Source of the DNA: a virus
Taxonomy: Duplodnaviria > Caudoviricetes
Virus record (IMG/VR): IMGVR_UViG_3300036985_003294
Span: 1 to 53,802 of that record
Length of the DNA stretch: 53,802 nt
Strand: one strand, 5' to 3'
The notes beneath the pieces were generated by a model, which worked only from the letters and a program-made list of their open reading frames with translations, was not told the origin of the DNA and searched no databases. The position numbers and the translations under genes were made by a program. The first letter of the stretch is position 1, and every line of letters starts with the position of its first letter. This document shows, piece after piece, positions 18,341 through 26,894 of the stretch.

Positions 18341-20919
18341 TCATTGTTTCTGCCCCATACAGTAATGTAAGAACCCGCAAGAAGGCCAAGACCTATAGCG
18401 GCTGGAACAACTGCTGCATTGGTCGCATACGACACCAAACTAATGGCGTTTATTCTGGTTGTCGTGTTAATCCACATACCCGCTGTTTGGAACATGATGG
18501 GTGGTGTTGCCGCTGTAGGGCCTCCCGCATATTGCCCTTCCCCATGCATCCGTTTAAGTGCCAGTGGGGGGTTGTTAATATCCATTGTTCCCCATCTAGC
18601 TACGTTAGTTGGTGTGCCTCCCGCTGTAGGCCAGCCGGGAATACTAGGTGTATTTGTAACAACTCCTGCCACTAGAAGGGCGGTTACAATCTGCTTAGCA
18701 GTCATCAGGATCGCCGTCTCGTTAGGTGTAGTAGTACCCACTACTACCCTTGCAATAGCTGCACCTGCGTACCCTGCGATATAATACTCAACCCTTAATT
18801 GTAGGAATGGGACTGTCCATGAGACCGTAGATGTGCGAATGGCAGTCGCTGTTAGAGGGGTACTGGTACCTAAAAAAACCCAGTTTTTACCCCCTGTTGC
18901 TGCGGTAGAATTTAGCATTGCTCTAGTGACTGTATTAGCCCCCATAGCATTGGCTGTGCCCGCAGTTAAACCTGAAGCAGTGCCTGTACAGTTTGTTAAT
19001 ACACCACTAGAAGGTGTACCTAGTACACCACCATTAACTAATACCGACCCAGCAGTTCCCACCGCTACGCCTAATGCCGTTGTTACATCAGCGCCTGTAA
19101 GAATAGTAGACGGAGCAATACCTGCACCCCCCCCAATAACTAAAGAGTTTGCAGCTAACGCAGCAGAAGTAGCCCACGCTGTACCGCTTGAGAAATAAGG
19201 AATACCACCGGATGTACCTGCTACAGTAAGAGCGGGTGTAGTTGTAGGAGTTGCTACCGAGATTAAACCCCCAGTAAAACCTACAGAAGTTACTGTACCA
19301 CTGCCCCCGCCACCGCCAGCAGGTGTTGCCCATGTACCATCACCACGCCAGAATGTAGTAGCTGATGCTGAAGTACCACTATCAAGCGCACTAACAGCTA
19401 CTGCCAAAGTTCCACCTAATGTTAAAGAACCCGAAGATGTAACCGTACCGCTTAAAGATAATCCTGATACAGTGCCTGTTCCACCAATGCTAGTAACTGT
19501 ACCTTGAGGGTTTGCAGCTGTAGTGAGAGCCGTTATTTGGCCTTGACCATTAGTAGTGATAACTGGAATTAATGTAGAAGAGCCAACAGCAGTAGCGGCG
19601 GAACCAACATTGGTAATAGAAAATTGATTAGTAGCTAGTGTTAGCCCAGTACCTGCAGTGTATGTTTGTGCAGCTGCAAATTCTATAAAAACTAAAGCAG
19701 TTGTACCTATTACTATAGGTAAAGGAGTTTGTTGCACCCAAGATGTGTTAGCATTAGTAGGGCCAGATATAACCAGCAACATGTCGCCTTGATCTACTTC
19801 ATTTGTGCCTGATCCGCTAGTATCATAATCTAAAGCTCTTGTAAGAATATAAGGCAGTAATGTAGTACCTACCCGTGTAACTGTATAAACACCGTTGTTA
19901 GCTTGAGTTGCTTCATTCTTAATTAATACACGTTGTGTGACTAAAGGTGTAGTTCCATCTACAGATACATCGCCATTAGCATTACCTGTAAGAGTAGCCC
20001 CAACTCCTAAAGTTCCGTTATTATAAGTATTAGCCGCTAGAGCTACTGTTGTAGCGTAGTTACAAGCAGCATGAAAATTAACCCCTGCAGCTATACTATC
20101 AGCGTAAGACTTATTAACTATGTCTGTACTAGATGTAGGGGCTGTAGATATCGTACCTGTAGTCAAAGCTACAGAAGGTAGCCATGTTGGGTTTGAATAG
20201 GAGCCATTAGAGTAGAGGCCATTAGTTACAGTAGCCGCATTACCACTAGTGTTTTGATTCCATATAGGTACAGTTCCAGTAAGTCCTGAGTATGGGACAT
20301 TAGTAGCTGTAGCTGCATTACCACTAGTGCTTTGATTCCATGTAGGCACAGTACCTGTTAGGCCTGAGTATGGGACATTAACCGCTGTTGTAGCAGTCGT
20401 AGCTGTTGTAGCGGTAGTTGCTGTTGTAGCTGTTGTAGCTGTTGTAGCTGTTGTAGCTGTTGTAGCTGTGGCTGCATTACCAGTAGTGTCTTGGTTCCAT
20501 GTAGGAATAGTACCAGTAAGGCCAGAATAGGGAGTATTATTAGCAGTATTTGCCGTTGTAGCAGTTAATGCATTACCAGTAGTGCTTTGGTTTAGTATTG
20601 GGAAGTCACCATTAGAGGCTACTGCGAGTGCCCCTGCGCTTCCTTTTAATATCCCAGTAATTGAGGTAGATAGTGTTATTGCAGGTGTCGTTGTAGAAGT
20701 TGCTACTGTACCCGTAAACCCATTTGCACTAACTACAGATGTATCAGTAACGGTACCACTACCTCCGCCCCCACTAGGAATCCAGCCACTAGTAGATAAT
20801 ACATAACCTATTTCAGCTATTAGTGGGGCTGGAGCTTCTCCTTGGATACCGTCAGCAGAGCCAGTTGGGGATGTGAACACCCCAAAATCAACTATCCCTG
20901 AATGAGGGGCAACAGACAT
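18337..20919 (-). CDS. Long tail fibre protein, T/G/S/A-rich
   Basis: GTVTSV repeats, NKSYAD, RVLIKNE....NGVY.V...LTRA.D motif, GNAATAT repeats. Confidence 0.8.
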   Translation of the reverse strand: MSVAPHSGIVDFGVFTSPTGSADGIQGEAPAPLIAEIGYVLSTSGWIPSGGGGSGTVTDTSVVSANGFTGTVATSTTTPAITLSTSITGILKGSAGALAVASNGDFPILNQSTTGNALTATTANTANNTPYSGLTGTIPTWNQDTTGNAATATTATTATTATTATTATTATTATTATTAVNVPYSGLTGTVPTWNQSTSGNAATATNVPYSGLTGTVPIWNQNTSGNAATVTNGLYSNGSYSNPTWLPSVALTTGTISTAPTSSTDIVNKSYADSIAAGVNFHAACNYATTVALAANTYNNGTLGVGATLTGNANGDVSVDGTTPLVTQRVLIKNEATQANNGVYTVTRVGTTLLPYILTRALDYDTSGSGTNEVDQGDMLLVISGPTNANTSWVQQTPLPIVIGTTALVFIEFAAAQTYTAGTGLTLATNQFSITNVGSAATAVGSSTLIPVITTNGQGQITALTTAANPQGTVTSIGGTGTVSGLSLSGTVTSSGSLTLGGTLAVAVSALDSGTSASATTFWRGDGTWATPAGGGGGSGTVTSVGFTGGLISVATPTTTPALTVAGTSGGIPYFSSGTAWATSAALAANSLVIGGGAGIAPSTILTGADVTTALGVAVGTAGSVLVNGGVLGTPSSGVLTNCTGTASGLTAGTANAMGANTVTRAMLNSTAATGGKNWVFLGTSTPLTATAIRTSTVSWTVPFLQLRVEYYIAGYAGAAIARVVVGTTTPNETAILMTAKQIVTALLVAGVVTNTPSIPGWPTAGGTPTNVARWGTMDINNPPLALKRMHGEGQYAGGPTAATPPIMFQTAGMWINTTTRINAISLVSYATNAAVVPAAIGLGLLAGSYITVWGRNND
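20383..20470. repeat. 9-bp coding repeat giving a (TAT)n mucin-like tract
   Basis: (GCTGTTGTA)n on + strand. Confidence 0.85.
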
Positions 20920-20922
20920 ATA

Positions 20923-21477
20923 CTACAAACTCGCAATAAAGTCTTGGTGCTTAGTAATAATGGATGCTTTTAAATCTTCCACCTCTAGTCTAGTTTGCGC
21001 TGCTATACTAATCTCTCTAGTTAGCTCTGCTAATTTAGCTTCACCTGCTAGTTTTAAACTGTCAGCACTAGCCTGAGTAGACTTAGCCGCTTTTAAAACT
21101 TGGTTAGTCTCAGCAGCTTCAGAAACAGCAGTTGCTTTTATTGCTTTAGCTTCACCAATTATATTAGCAGCAGCTTCATTAGCTTCAGATACCACCACTT
21201 CAGCATTATCTGCAGCTGTCTTTTTTATAAGAGCAGCTTGTGATTTAGCATCGCTTAAAGTAACTTTCATCTCTTCTCTATCTAGTAAGAGATTATCACG
21301 CAAAGCTACAACTTGCTGAGCTGGACCAGCTAAAGCTACTAACTGTCCGTTTTCTGCAATGGCTTTTTGTAGTACAGCTAGTTTAGTTTTATAACTATCA
21401 GGGTCTGACAGTAGTGCTAACAAATCAAACATCTGATTTGACCCGCCTGATGACCCATCTATATTAGTTGAAATCAT
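20923..21477 (-). CDS. Ala-rich coiled-coil hypothetical protein
   Basis: 184 aa ORF, stop overlaps start. Confidence 0.5.
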   Translation of the reverse strand: MISTNIDGSSGGSNQMFDLLALLSDPDSYKTKLAVLQKAIAENGQLVALAGPAQQVVALRDNLLLDREEMKVTLSDAKSQAALIKKTAADNAEVVVSEANEAAANIIGEAKAIKATAVSEAAETNQVLKAAKSTQASADSLKLAGEAKLAELTREISIAAQTRLEVEDLKASIITKHQDFIASL

Positions 21478-21803
21478 TAATTACCTGCCTTACCAGCTTG
21501 GATTATTGTTAATTTAGCTGACCCCGGCCCAATAGTAACATTTAAACGCACACCTGTAACAGGATATGCGATGTTAGAATCTTTACTAGTAACTTGCGTA
21601 GTTAAACTAGGGTGCGGTGTCCAGTTACCTGAAGAGGCTACGTAATTAGGTGCAAACACATCATCAAACGTATACTCCACTGTATACGTTACCGTACCAG
21701 TTACAAGAACACTTAGGGCAACATTAAAAGGCGTAACATACTGGTTAAGAGGGCATACATTAGACGCCCCTACCCCCGTTACTTGATATACGACTGCTCT
21801 CAT
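21477..21803 (-). CDS. Virion structural protein
   Basis: YTVEYTFDD...NIAYPVTGVRL...IIQAG. Confidence 0.55.
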   Translation of the reverse strand: MRAVVYQVTGVGASNVCPLNQYVTPFNVALSVLVTGTVTYTVEYTFDDVFAPNYVASSGNWTPHPSLTTQVTSKDSNIAYPVTGVRLNVTIGPGSAKLTIIQAGKAGN

Positions 21804-21816
21804 GACTTACTCCTAA

Positions 21817-22305
21817 TTATTGAGCGTCAAAAGTTGAACGGTCATCAGGTTGTGCATAAATTAAAGTTACAACGACAGAACCAGCAGTAGGTTGACCTAC
21901 AGAAGTAACAGTAGTAACGATAGCAGAGCAAGCTGACTCGCCAGTAATAGCGGCAGATACATCTAATGTAGTAGATTGCATAGCAAGAAGCTGTGCAGCA
22001 GTGAAAGTAGGAGTGATTCTACCAGTAGCAGCTTTAGTATTAACACTAGCCGCGTATTCAGTACCACCAGCAGTTTTACCTACAGATAATGTAGCAGAAG
22101 TAGCTGAGTCAAAAGCAATTAAAACATCAACAACAACATTAAGTAACTGACAACCAGAAGGTAAGTAGTTAGTAACAGTTGAAGTTAAAGTAGTATTGAA
22201 AACAACAGCTTGAATTTGTTTTAAAACAGTAGTACCAGTGTTTTTGTAAGCATTATATTTAATAGTGCCTGATTTGACTGGACCTGAGAATGTAGTACGT
22301 GACAT
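21817..22305 (-). CDS. Capsid decoration/fibre-like structural protein
   Basis: MSRTTFSGPVKSG N-terminus; strongly biased codon use; start after AAGGA RBS. Confidence 0.6.
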   Translation of the reverse strand: MSRTTFSGPVKSGTIKYNAYKNTGTTVLKQIQAVVFNTTLTSTVTNYLPSGCQLLNVVVDVLIAFDSATSATLSVGKTAGGTEYAASVNTKAATGRITPTFTAAQLLAMQSTTLDVSAAITGESACSAIVTTVTSVGQPTAGSVVVTLIYAQPDDRSTFDAQ

Positions 22306-22324
22306 ATTAGTTTCCTTCATAGAA

Positions 22325-22392
22325 AGTATAAGCTCAGTAGTCTTCTATGCGTCTGCCGGGGCAGTCTACTAAGCCGAATGTTCCCGGTATTA
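22325..22392 (-). ncRNA. Structured RNA, probably Mu-gpT-DE-like motif
   Basis: Stem GCUUAGUAG/CUACUGAGC enclosing GACUG-CCCCGG-CAGAC, with alternative CCGGG/CCCGG pairing; downstream of a gpT-like capsid gene. Confidence 0.6.
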
Positions 22393-22397
22393 GGGTA

Positions 22398-22426
22398 CTT
22401 ATACTACGGATTTATTATTCGTGCAA
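22398..22426 (-). promoter_or_regulatory. sigma70-like promoter upstream of the structured RNA
   Basis: TTGCAC-N17-TATAAG on minus strand. Confidence 0.5.
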
Positions 22427-22993
22427 GTTTATTTTATTAGATTTTTTGCTATTTTCTTCACGAGTAATAACTGCTAGGTTCCAAGGCACATGTAGCCCGC
22501 TAACAAGCTCACCACGAAGTGGTACAATATGATCTACAGCATAGGGTACTCCAGTGACTTTACTTACAAGCATGGCGTCTAAATAGAACTGTTTAATCTC
22601 TGTTTTATGTTCTTGCGTAAGCCATTTAGGTGTAGCTTGTTTGTGTTTGGTTCTACGGTGTTTACTGTTAGCTATTACTAGTTCAGGGTTAGCAGCTTTC
22701 CATGTTTTCCTATATTTTATAATGTCTTCAGGGGTTCTGCTTAACGCCCTTAACTTTACAACTTCTTTATTGTTCTCGTAATATTTTTTACCTGCTTTTT
22801 TACTTGCTTCTGATTTTGGCAATAACGCACGTTTAGCATTAGTTTCTTCCCATTCTATTTTTAAGCAATCCATACAAGTGCCTTTAGTTTTACGTAGGGT
22901 TACGTGCCCATGCTTACAGGGTAAGCCTGTAAAGTAATGAGTTGCTTTGGTTTCTTGTGCTTCTTTACGAGTGGTTGGGTATTCACTGTACAT
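22415..22993 (-). CDS. HNH homing endonuclease
   Basis: YFTGLPCKHGH..C..C, ATPKWL, VDHIVPLRG..VSGLHVPWNL......N..KSNK. Confidence 0.9.
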   Translation of the reverse strand: MYSEYPTTRKEAQETKATHYFTGLPCKHGHVTLRKTKGTCMDCLKIEWEETNAKRALLPKSEASKKAGKKYYENNKEVVKLRALSRTPEDIIKYRKTWKAANPELVIANSKHRRTKHKQATPKWLTQEHKTEIKQFYLDAMLVSKVTGVPYAVDHIVPLRGELVSGLHVPWNLAVITREENSKKSNKINLHE

Positions 22994-23057
22994 TATATTC
23001 TCCTGTGGGTTTCGTTACAGGTAATATTATATACTCTTTTTAATAAATAGCAAACAT

Positions 23058-23083
23058 AAAAAAGGCCCACCGAAGTGAGCCTT
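23058..23083 (-). terminator. Intrinsic terminator after major capsid gene
   Basis: AAGGCUCAC-UUCG-GUGGGCCUUUUUU. Confidence 0.85.
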
Positions 23084-23106
23084 AGTTTAGTCAGAGCCCT
23101 CTACTA

Positions 23107-24015
23107 TCAAGCGCCGGTCGATCCGTACATACTAAGGGGGTCACTCCAGCCGAAAGAATATCTTTCGCGACTTCTGTAGCGAACATTTCCGGTGTCGAAA
23201 TCTCCTGACATGTCATTAGTGATAGGAGCACGAACAAAATGCTTCATACCATTAGGTACATCAGTAGTTAAGAACCAAGCATTGCTATCAGTCAAGAAAT
23301 GGTTAATAGCGTAACCTTGTGGGATAGAACCGTTGTTTTTCAATGCGTTTAAGTCATTGTCAGCAGTTCCTACACGTTGCTCAGTTTCCAACAAACGAGT
23401 TGCAACGAATTGCAATGCAGGTGGAACGACCAATTTTTTAGGTTTAGCCGCAATCAACAAGCCACGTTCGTCAGTCCATGCAGCGATTTGGATAACAGCC
23501 GCTTCCAAAGAAGTTTCGTTTAAATCAGCAGGAGTAGAAGGAATGTTGCTGTTAGTAGCGCCATTAACTAAAGGGTGAGCAGATGAGAACAACGCAACGC
23601 CGTCACCACCAACAAAAGCTGCAGAGAAACCGTTGTTTAAAACAGCAGCGCCTTTAACTTGTTTGGTGTAAGACATAGCACGAGCCAAACCTTTAGTATA
23701 ACGAGCAGACAAAGAGTCATACAAGTTATCTTCAATAGCTTCTTCAGTTAAAGAAAAACCTAAAGCAATAGTTTCGTGGTTGTAGCGAGCAGTCCAAGCT
23801 TCTTGAGCATTGTCATAACTAATGGCTGAGCCTTCGTTTTTGACAGGTGCTGCTGAGAAACCAGACAGTTTTGTTTCTTCTTCAAATGAACGTTCTGATG
23901 ATTCAGTTTCATAAATTTCTTTATGTTCTTCACCGTAACGAGCATATTCTAAACCGAAAAGAGCGTTAAGACCCGGAAGCAACTCTTTCAGTAATTGTGC
24001 GCGTGAAATAGCCAT
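23107..24015 (-). CDS. Major capsid protein (Mu gpT-like family)
   Basis: MAISRAQLLKELLPGLNALFG, KLVVPP.L.F.A.RLL, DFDTGN.RY..RERYSFG.SDP; highly biased codons. Confidence 0.9.
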   Translation of the reverse strand: MAISRAQLLKELLPGLNALFGLEYARYGEEHKEIYETESSERSFEEETKLSGFSAAPVKNEGSAISYDNAQEAWTARYNHETIALGFSLTEEAIEDNLYDSLSARYTKGLARAMSYTKQVKGAAVLNNGFSAAFVGGDGVALFSSAHPLVNGATNSNIPSTPADLNETSLEAAVIQIAAWTDERGLLIAAKPKKLVVPPALQFVATRLLETEQRVGTADNDLNALKNNGSIPQGYAINHFLTDSNAWFLTTDVPNGMKHFVRAPITNDMSGDFDTGNVRYRSRERYSFGWSDPLSMYGSTGA

Positions 24016-24026
24016 TATTAAACTCC

Positions 24027-24854
24027 TTAAGCAGCAGCAGCTGTATAGTAACTTGAAATACCAAAGTTAAGTTTTACCAATACTTCAGTGTATTGAGTAA
24101 TAACGATAACAGCGGCAGCAGGGATTGTAACTTGTGATGCTAAGTTTAAGGCGATAGTAGTACCACCAACAGCAACAGCAGTTGTTACAAATGAACCTGT
24201 TTCTACAAGTTGACCATTAGCTGCAATAAATGCAACGTCAGAGCCAGCAAGGATTGCTACAGGACTAGCAGGGATAGTAATGTTAGTAGTAGTAGTTGAA
24301 GTACTAGGAACACTAACTGTTACAGCTGTTTCACGAACTACGTCTAATACACGTAATGGAAGAGCAGCAGTAGTAGCAGGGGCACCAGCAGCAACAACAG
24401 CCAATACAGCATTAGTAGAGTTACCAGCAGCGATGTTACCAGCAGCAGTATCAATCATAGCCATATTCTGACCGATCATAGCTTTGCTAGTAGCGCCAAC
24501 AACAGTAGTACCTGAACAAACAACAGCTTTAAATACAGCATCGGGATCGTCACTAACGATAGCAACAGCATCGCCAGCAAGAGTTCCAGTAGGCCAGTAC
24601 TGTGAAAACAACTTTTGTTTAGTAGTTGGGTTAGTATAAGAACAACCTAAGAATACACCAACAACTGCACCAGTAGTATTAACAACTGCACGTACAGCAG
24701 AACCTCTAGCTAAAGTAACAGCGTCACCGTAGAAGATGTTAGCAGCATATCCGTATTGGATAGGGTATTCACGAGTAGAGCCAGCAAAAACCTGACCTCC
24801 AATCAAACTTACGGGTTTCAAACCGTATGGGGCACTTACAACAGGGTAAGCCAT
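24027..24854 (-). CDS. Capsid decoration/cement-like protein
   Basis: APYGLKPV, IFYGD.V, GVFLGCSYT, V.DDPD.VF; directly upstream of capsid gene. Confidence 0.7.
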   Translation of the reverse strand: MAYPVVSAPYGLKPVSLIGGQVFAGSTREYPIQYGYAANIFYGDAVTLARGSAVRAVVNTTGAVVGVFLGCSYTNPTTKQKLFSQYWPTGTLAGDAVAIVSDDPDAVFKAVVCSGTTVVGATSKAMIGQNMAMIDTAAGNIAAGNSTNAVLAVVAAGAPATTAALPLRVLDVVRETAVTVSVPSTSTTTTNITIPASPVAILAGSDVAFIAANGQLVETGSFVTTAVAVGGTTIALNLASQVTIPAAAVIVITQYTEVLVKLNFGISSYYTAAAA

Positions 24855-24879
24855 ATTAAACCTCCAAAATTAAAATTAA

Positions 24880-25326
24880 CTATTGTCTACCAAAAGATGT
24901 TGTAGATTTTCGCTCATTAAAGAGTGGCATTCTAGGATCACTTTGGCGCATTAAATTATTATCTACCGCTTCTGTTTGAGCCTGAGTTTGTTTATTGAAG
25001 TGGTCATTACGTTGTTCAATAAACTCTGTAGGGGTCTTACATAACAATAAACCACCAATCTCTATGTTGTCTCTAAAACGACTAGTAGGATCAATTAACA
25101 GTTGCATTTGCGGTTGTTCCGACACATTAACAGGCTCCCAGCCTTCTCTCAGTTTTGCTGAAAGGTTACGTGGGTCAGCTGCATTTAATGTTGACGTTCT
25201 AATCCATCTGTACGCATAGCCCGGTTGTTTATCCGGTTCTGGTAGAAGTTCAGCTGGTGCCCACTGCTTAGGACGGGCTGAAGTATCACGCGTTGTTACA
25301 TCTCTTTGTATTCTGTTATCAGCCAT
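24880..25326 (-). CDS. Conserved head-module protein
   Basis: YRWIR...REGWEPV...IGGLLLCK.P pattern. Confidence 0.65.
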   Translation of the reverse strand: MADNRIQRDVTTRDTSARPKQWAPAELLPEPDKQPGYAYRWIRTSTLNAADPRNLSAKLREGWEPVNVSEQPQMQLLIDPTSRFRDNIEIGGLLLCKTPTEFIEQRNDHFNKQTQAQTEAVDNNLMRQSDPRMPLFNERKSTTSFGRQ

Positions 25327-25327
25327 C

Positions 25328-26278
25328 TTAGGCCTCCAATTTGGTTAGTTCACGGGCGTATTGTTCATTAGTTAGTCCAAATTTCTTGGCTAATGCAACT
25401 TGAGTCTTGCTAAGTGACACCTTTTTAGGGGCTGTGCTTCTCTTTGCAGACGCTACTACCGTACTAAGTTTTGATGTACGCTGGGCTTTAGGCTCATCGT
25501 TTTGATCGCCAAATTCTTCTGGGAATCTGCGTTGTACTTCTTGGTCGATACGTTTGTAATATTCATCGCTTCCGATGAACTTGTCCCCATAAGTGTCTAC
25601 AAGGTCTTCGTGTATGCCTACAGCGAATCTACTCATGACTTTCTTAGTTGGGTCAACATACCACGGATTTTCGGCTACCCATTCCGCTGCCTTCGGGTCT
25701 TGCTGTGCAGCACGAGGCTGCTTTTGTAGTAATTGTGCACCTGTATTGGCGTTTTGTGCAGTAGGCCTGAAGTTTTGGGCTTTGTCAAGCTTATTTGTTG
25801 CTTTCATCAGTTCTTCTTGTGCTTCGATGATTGCATCAGTATTTCCGTAGTCATAAGCTTCCTTATAATTACGTTTGGCCTTTTCCACTTCTAACTCAGC
25901 AGAGGATTGATAAGTGCTTATTAACTCTTTTTCTCCTGATTGAAGTAATGATTTAAGATGTTGGTTTTCATCCAGTATCTTTTGAGCTACAGATAGAGCT
26001 TCTTCTTGCTCACGGTAGGCTTCTTCTTTCAACCTACGCTCATCATGCCATGCTTTCTTATACTGTTTAAACTTAGTTTGCACCTTACCAGAATAATCAT
26101 CAGACTCATCAGCAGTTTCTAACTCATCTACTATGTCTTTTGGTAATGGTGGTCTAGCATTTCTATCAGCTAACGGTGTATCATCTTCAATTTCTATTTC
26201 AATGTCATCATTATCTATTTCAACATCCCCACCAGCTTCATCAGGGAACTCATAATCGTCTGCTTCGTACTTAGCCAT
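25328..26278 (-). CDS. Capsid scaffolding protein
   Basis: Acidic N-terminus, coiled coil, W...NPW, C-terminal V.LS..QVALAKKFGLT.EQYA. Confidence 0.75.
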   Translation of the reverse strand: MAKYEADDYEFPDEAGGDVEIDNDDIEIEIEDDTPLADRNARPPLPKDIVDELETADESDDYSGKVQTKFKQYKKAWHDERRLKEEAYREQEEALSVAQKILDENQHLKSLLQSGEKELISTYQSSAELEVEKAKRNYKEAYDYGNTDAIIEAQEELMKATNKLDKAQNFRPTAQNANTGAQLLQKQPRAAQQDPKAAEWVAENPWYVDPTKKVMSRFAVGIHEDLVDTYGDKFIGSDEYYKRIDQEVQRRFPEEFGDQNDEPKAQRTSKLSTVVASAKRSTAPKKVSLSKTQVALAKKFGLTNEQYARELTKLEA

Positions 26279-26289
26279 ATTAATCTCCT

Positions 26290-26706
26290 TTATACTCTCG
26301 TAATGCCTCTTGGATCAAGCACAATGCCTTCAACCGAGTCGTCATTTATCATTCTCATCTCAGTACCATGTATCTTCATACGAGTACCTGCGTTTGGTCT
26401 TACAAGGACAAAATCCCCAACCTTGCACCAAGGGCCAGAAGGAAAACGGTCTTTGTCATTGTAACAATCAGGACCCATAGCCACAACGAACAACACAGTA
26501 GCCAGAAGACCTTCATGCCGTAAAGTCTCATCAGCTTTAAGAATGCCACTTTCATATTCTTTCTCCACTTCAGGTAGTGCGCATAGTATACGATACCCTG
26601 TTGGTGTAGGCAGTTGAGTCGCCTTTTCTTCATTAGTAGCTGAGAAGTCTATAGACCCCACAACTTGAGGGTTGTTTGGGTTAGACCCAATTAAGATTTT
26701 ACTCAT
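26290..26706 (-). CDS. groES: Co-chaperonin GroES-like (Cpn10)
   Basis: PTGYRIL...SGIL...V.AMGP...KVGD.VL...GT......MINDD.V.G. Confidence 0.8.
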   Translation of the reverse strand: MSKILIGSNPNNPQVVGSIDFSATNEEKATQLPTPTGYRILCALPEVEKEYESGILKADETLRHEGLLATVLFVVAMGPDCYNDKDRFPSGPWCKVGDFVLVRPNAGTRMKIHGTEMRMINDDSVEGIVLDPRGITRV

Positions 26707-26894
26707 TCGTCTTCAAACTCCAGTTTCTTAGTTAGTACTTCTATGGCGCTTCGTGCCTGATCTAAGCCTTGAATTTGCCCACATATGTATTTATATGCTG
26801 CGTAATCTTCAGCCCGACCAGATGCTAACGCTTGTGTTAATAACGATATTCTGTCATCAATTTGTTTAAAGAGAATTTCCGCTTCTCTATCCAT
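26703..26894 (-). CDS. Conserved small head-module protein
   Basis: LASG...Y..YKYICGQIQGL. Confidence 0.6.
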   Translation of the reverse strand: MDREAEILFKQIDDRISLLTQALASGRAEDYAAYKYICGQIQGLDQARSAIEVLTKKLEFEDE

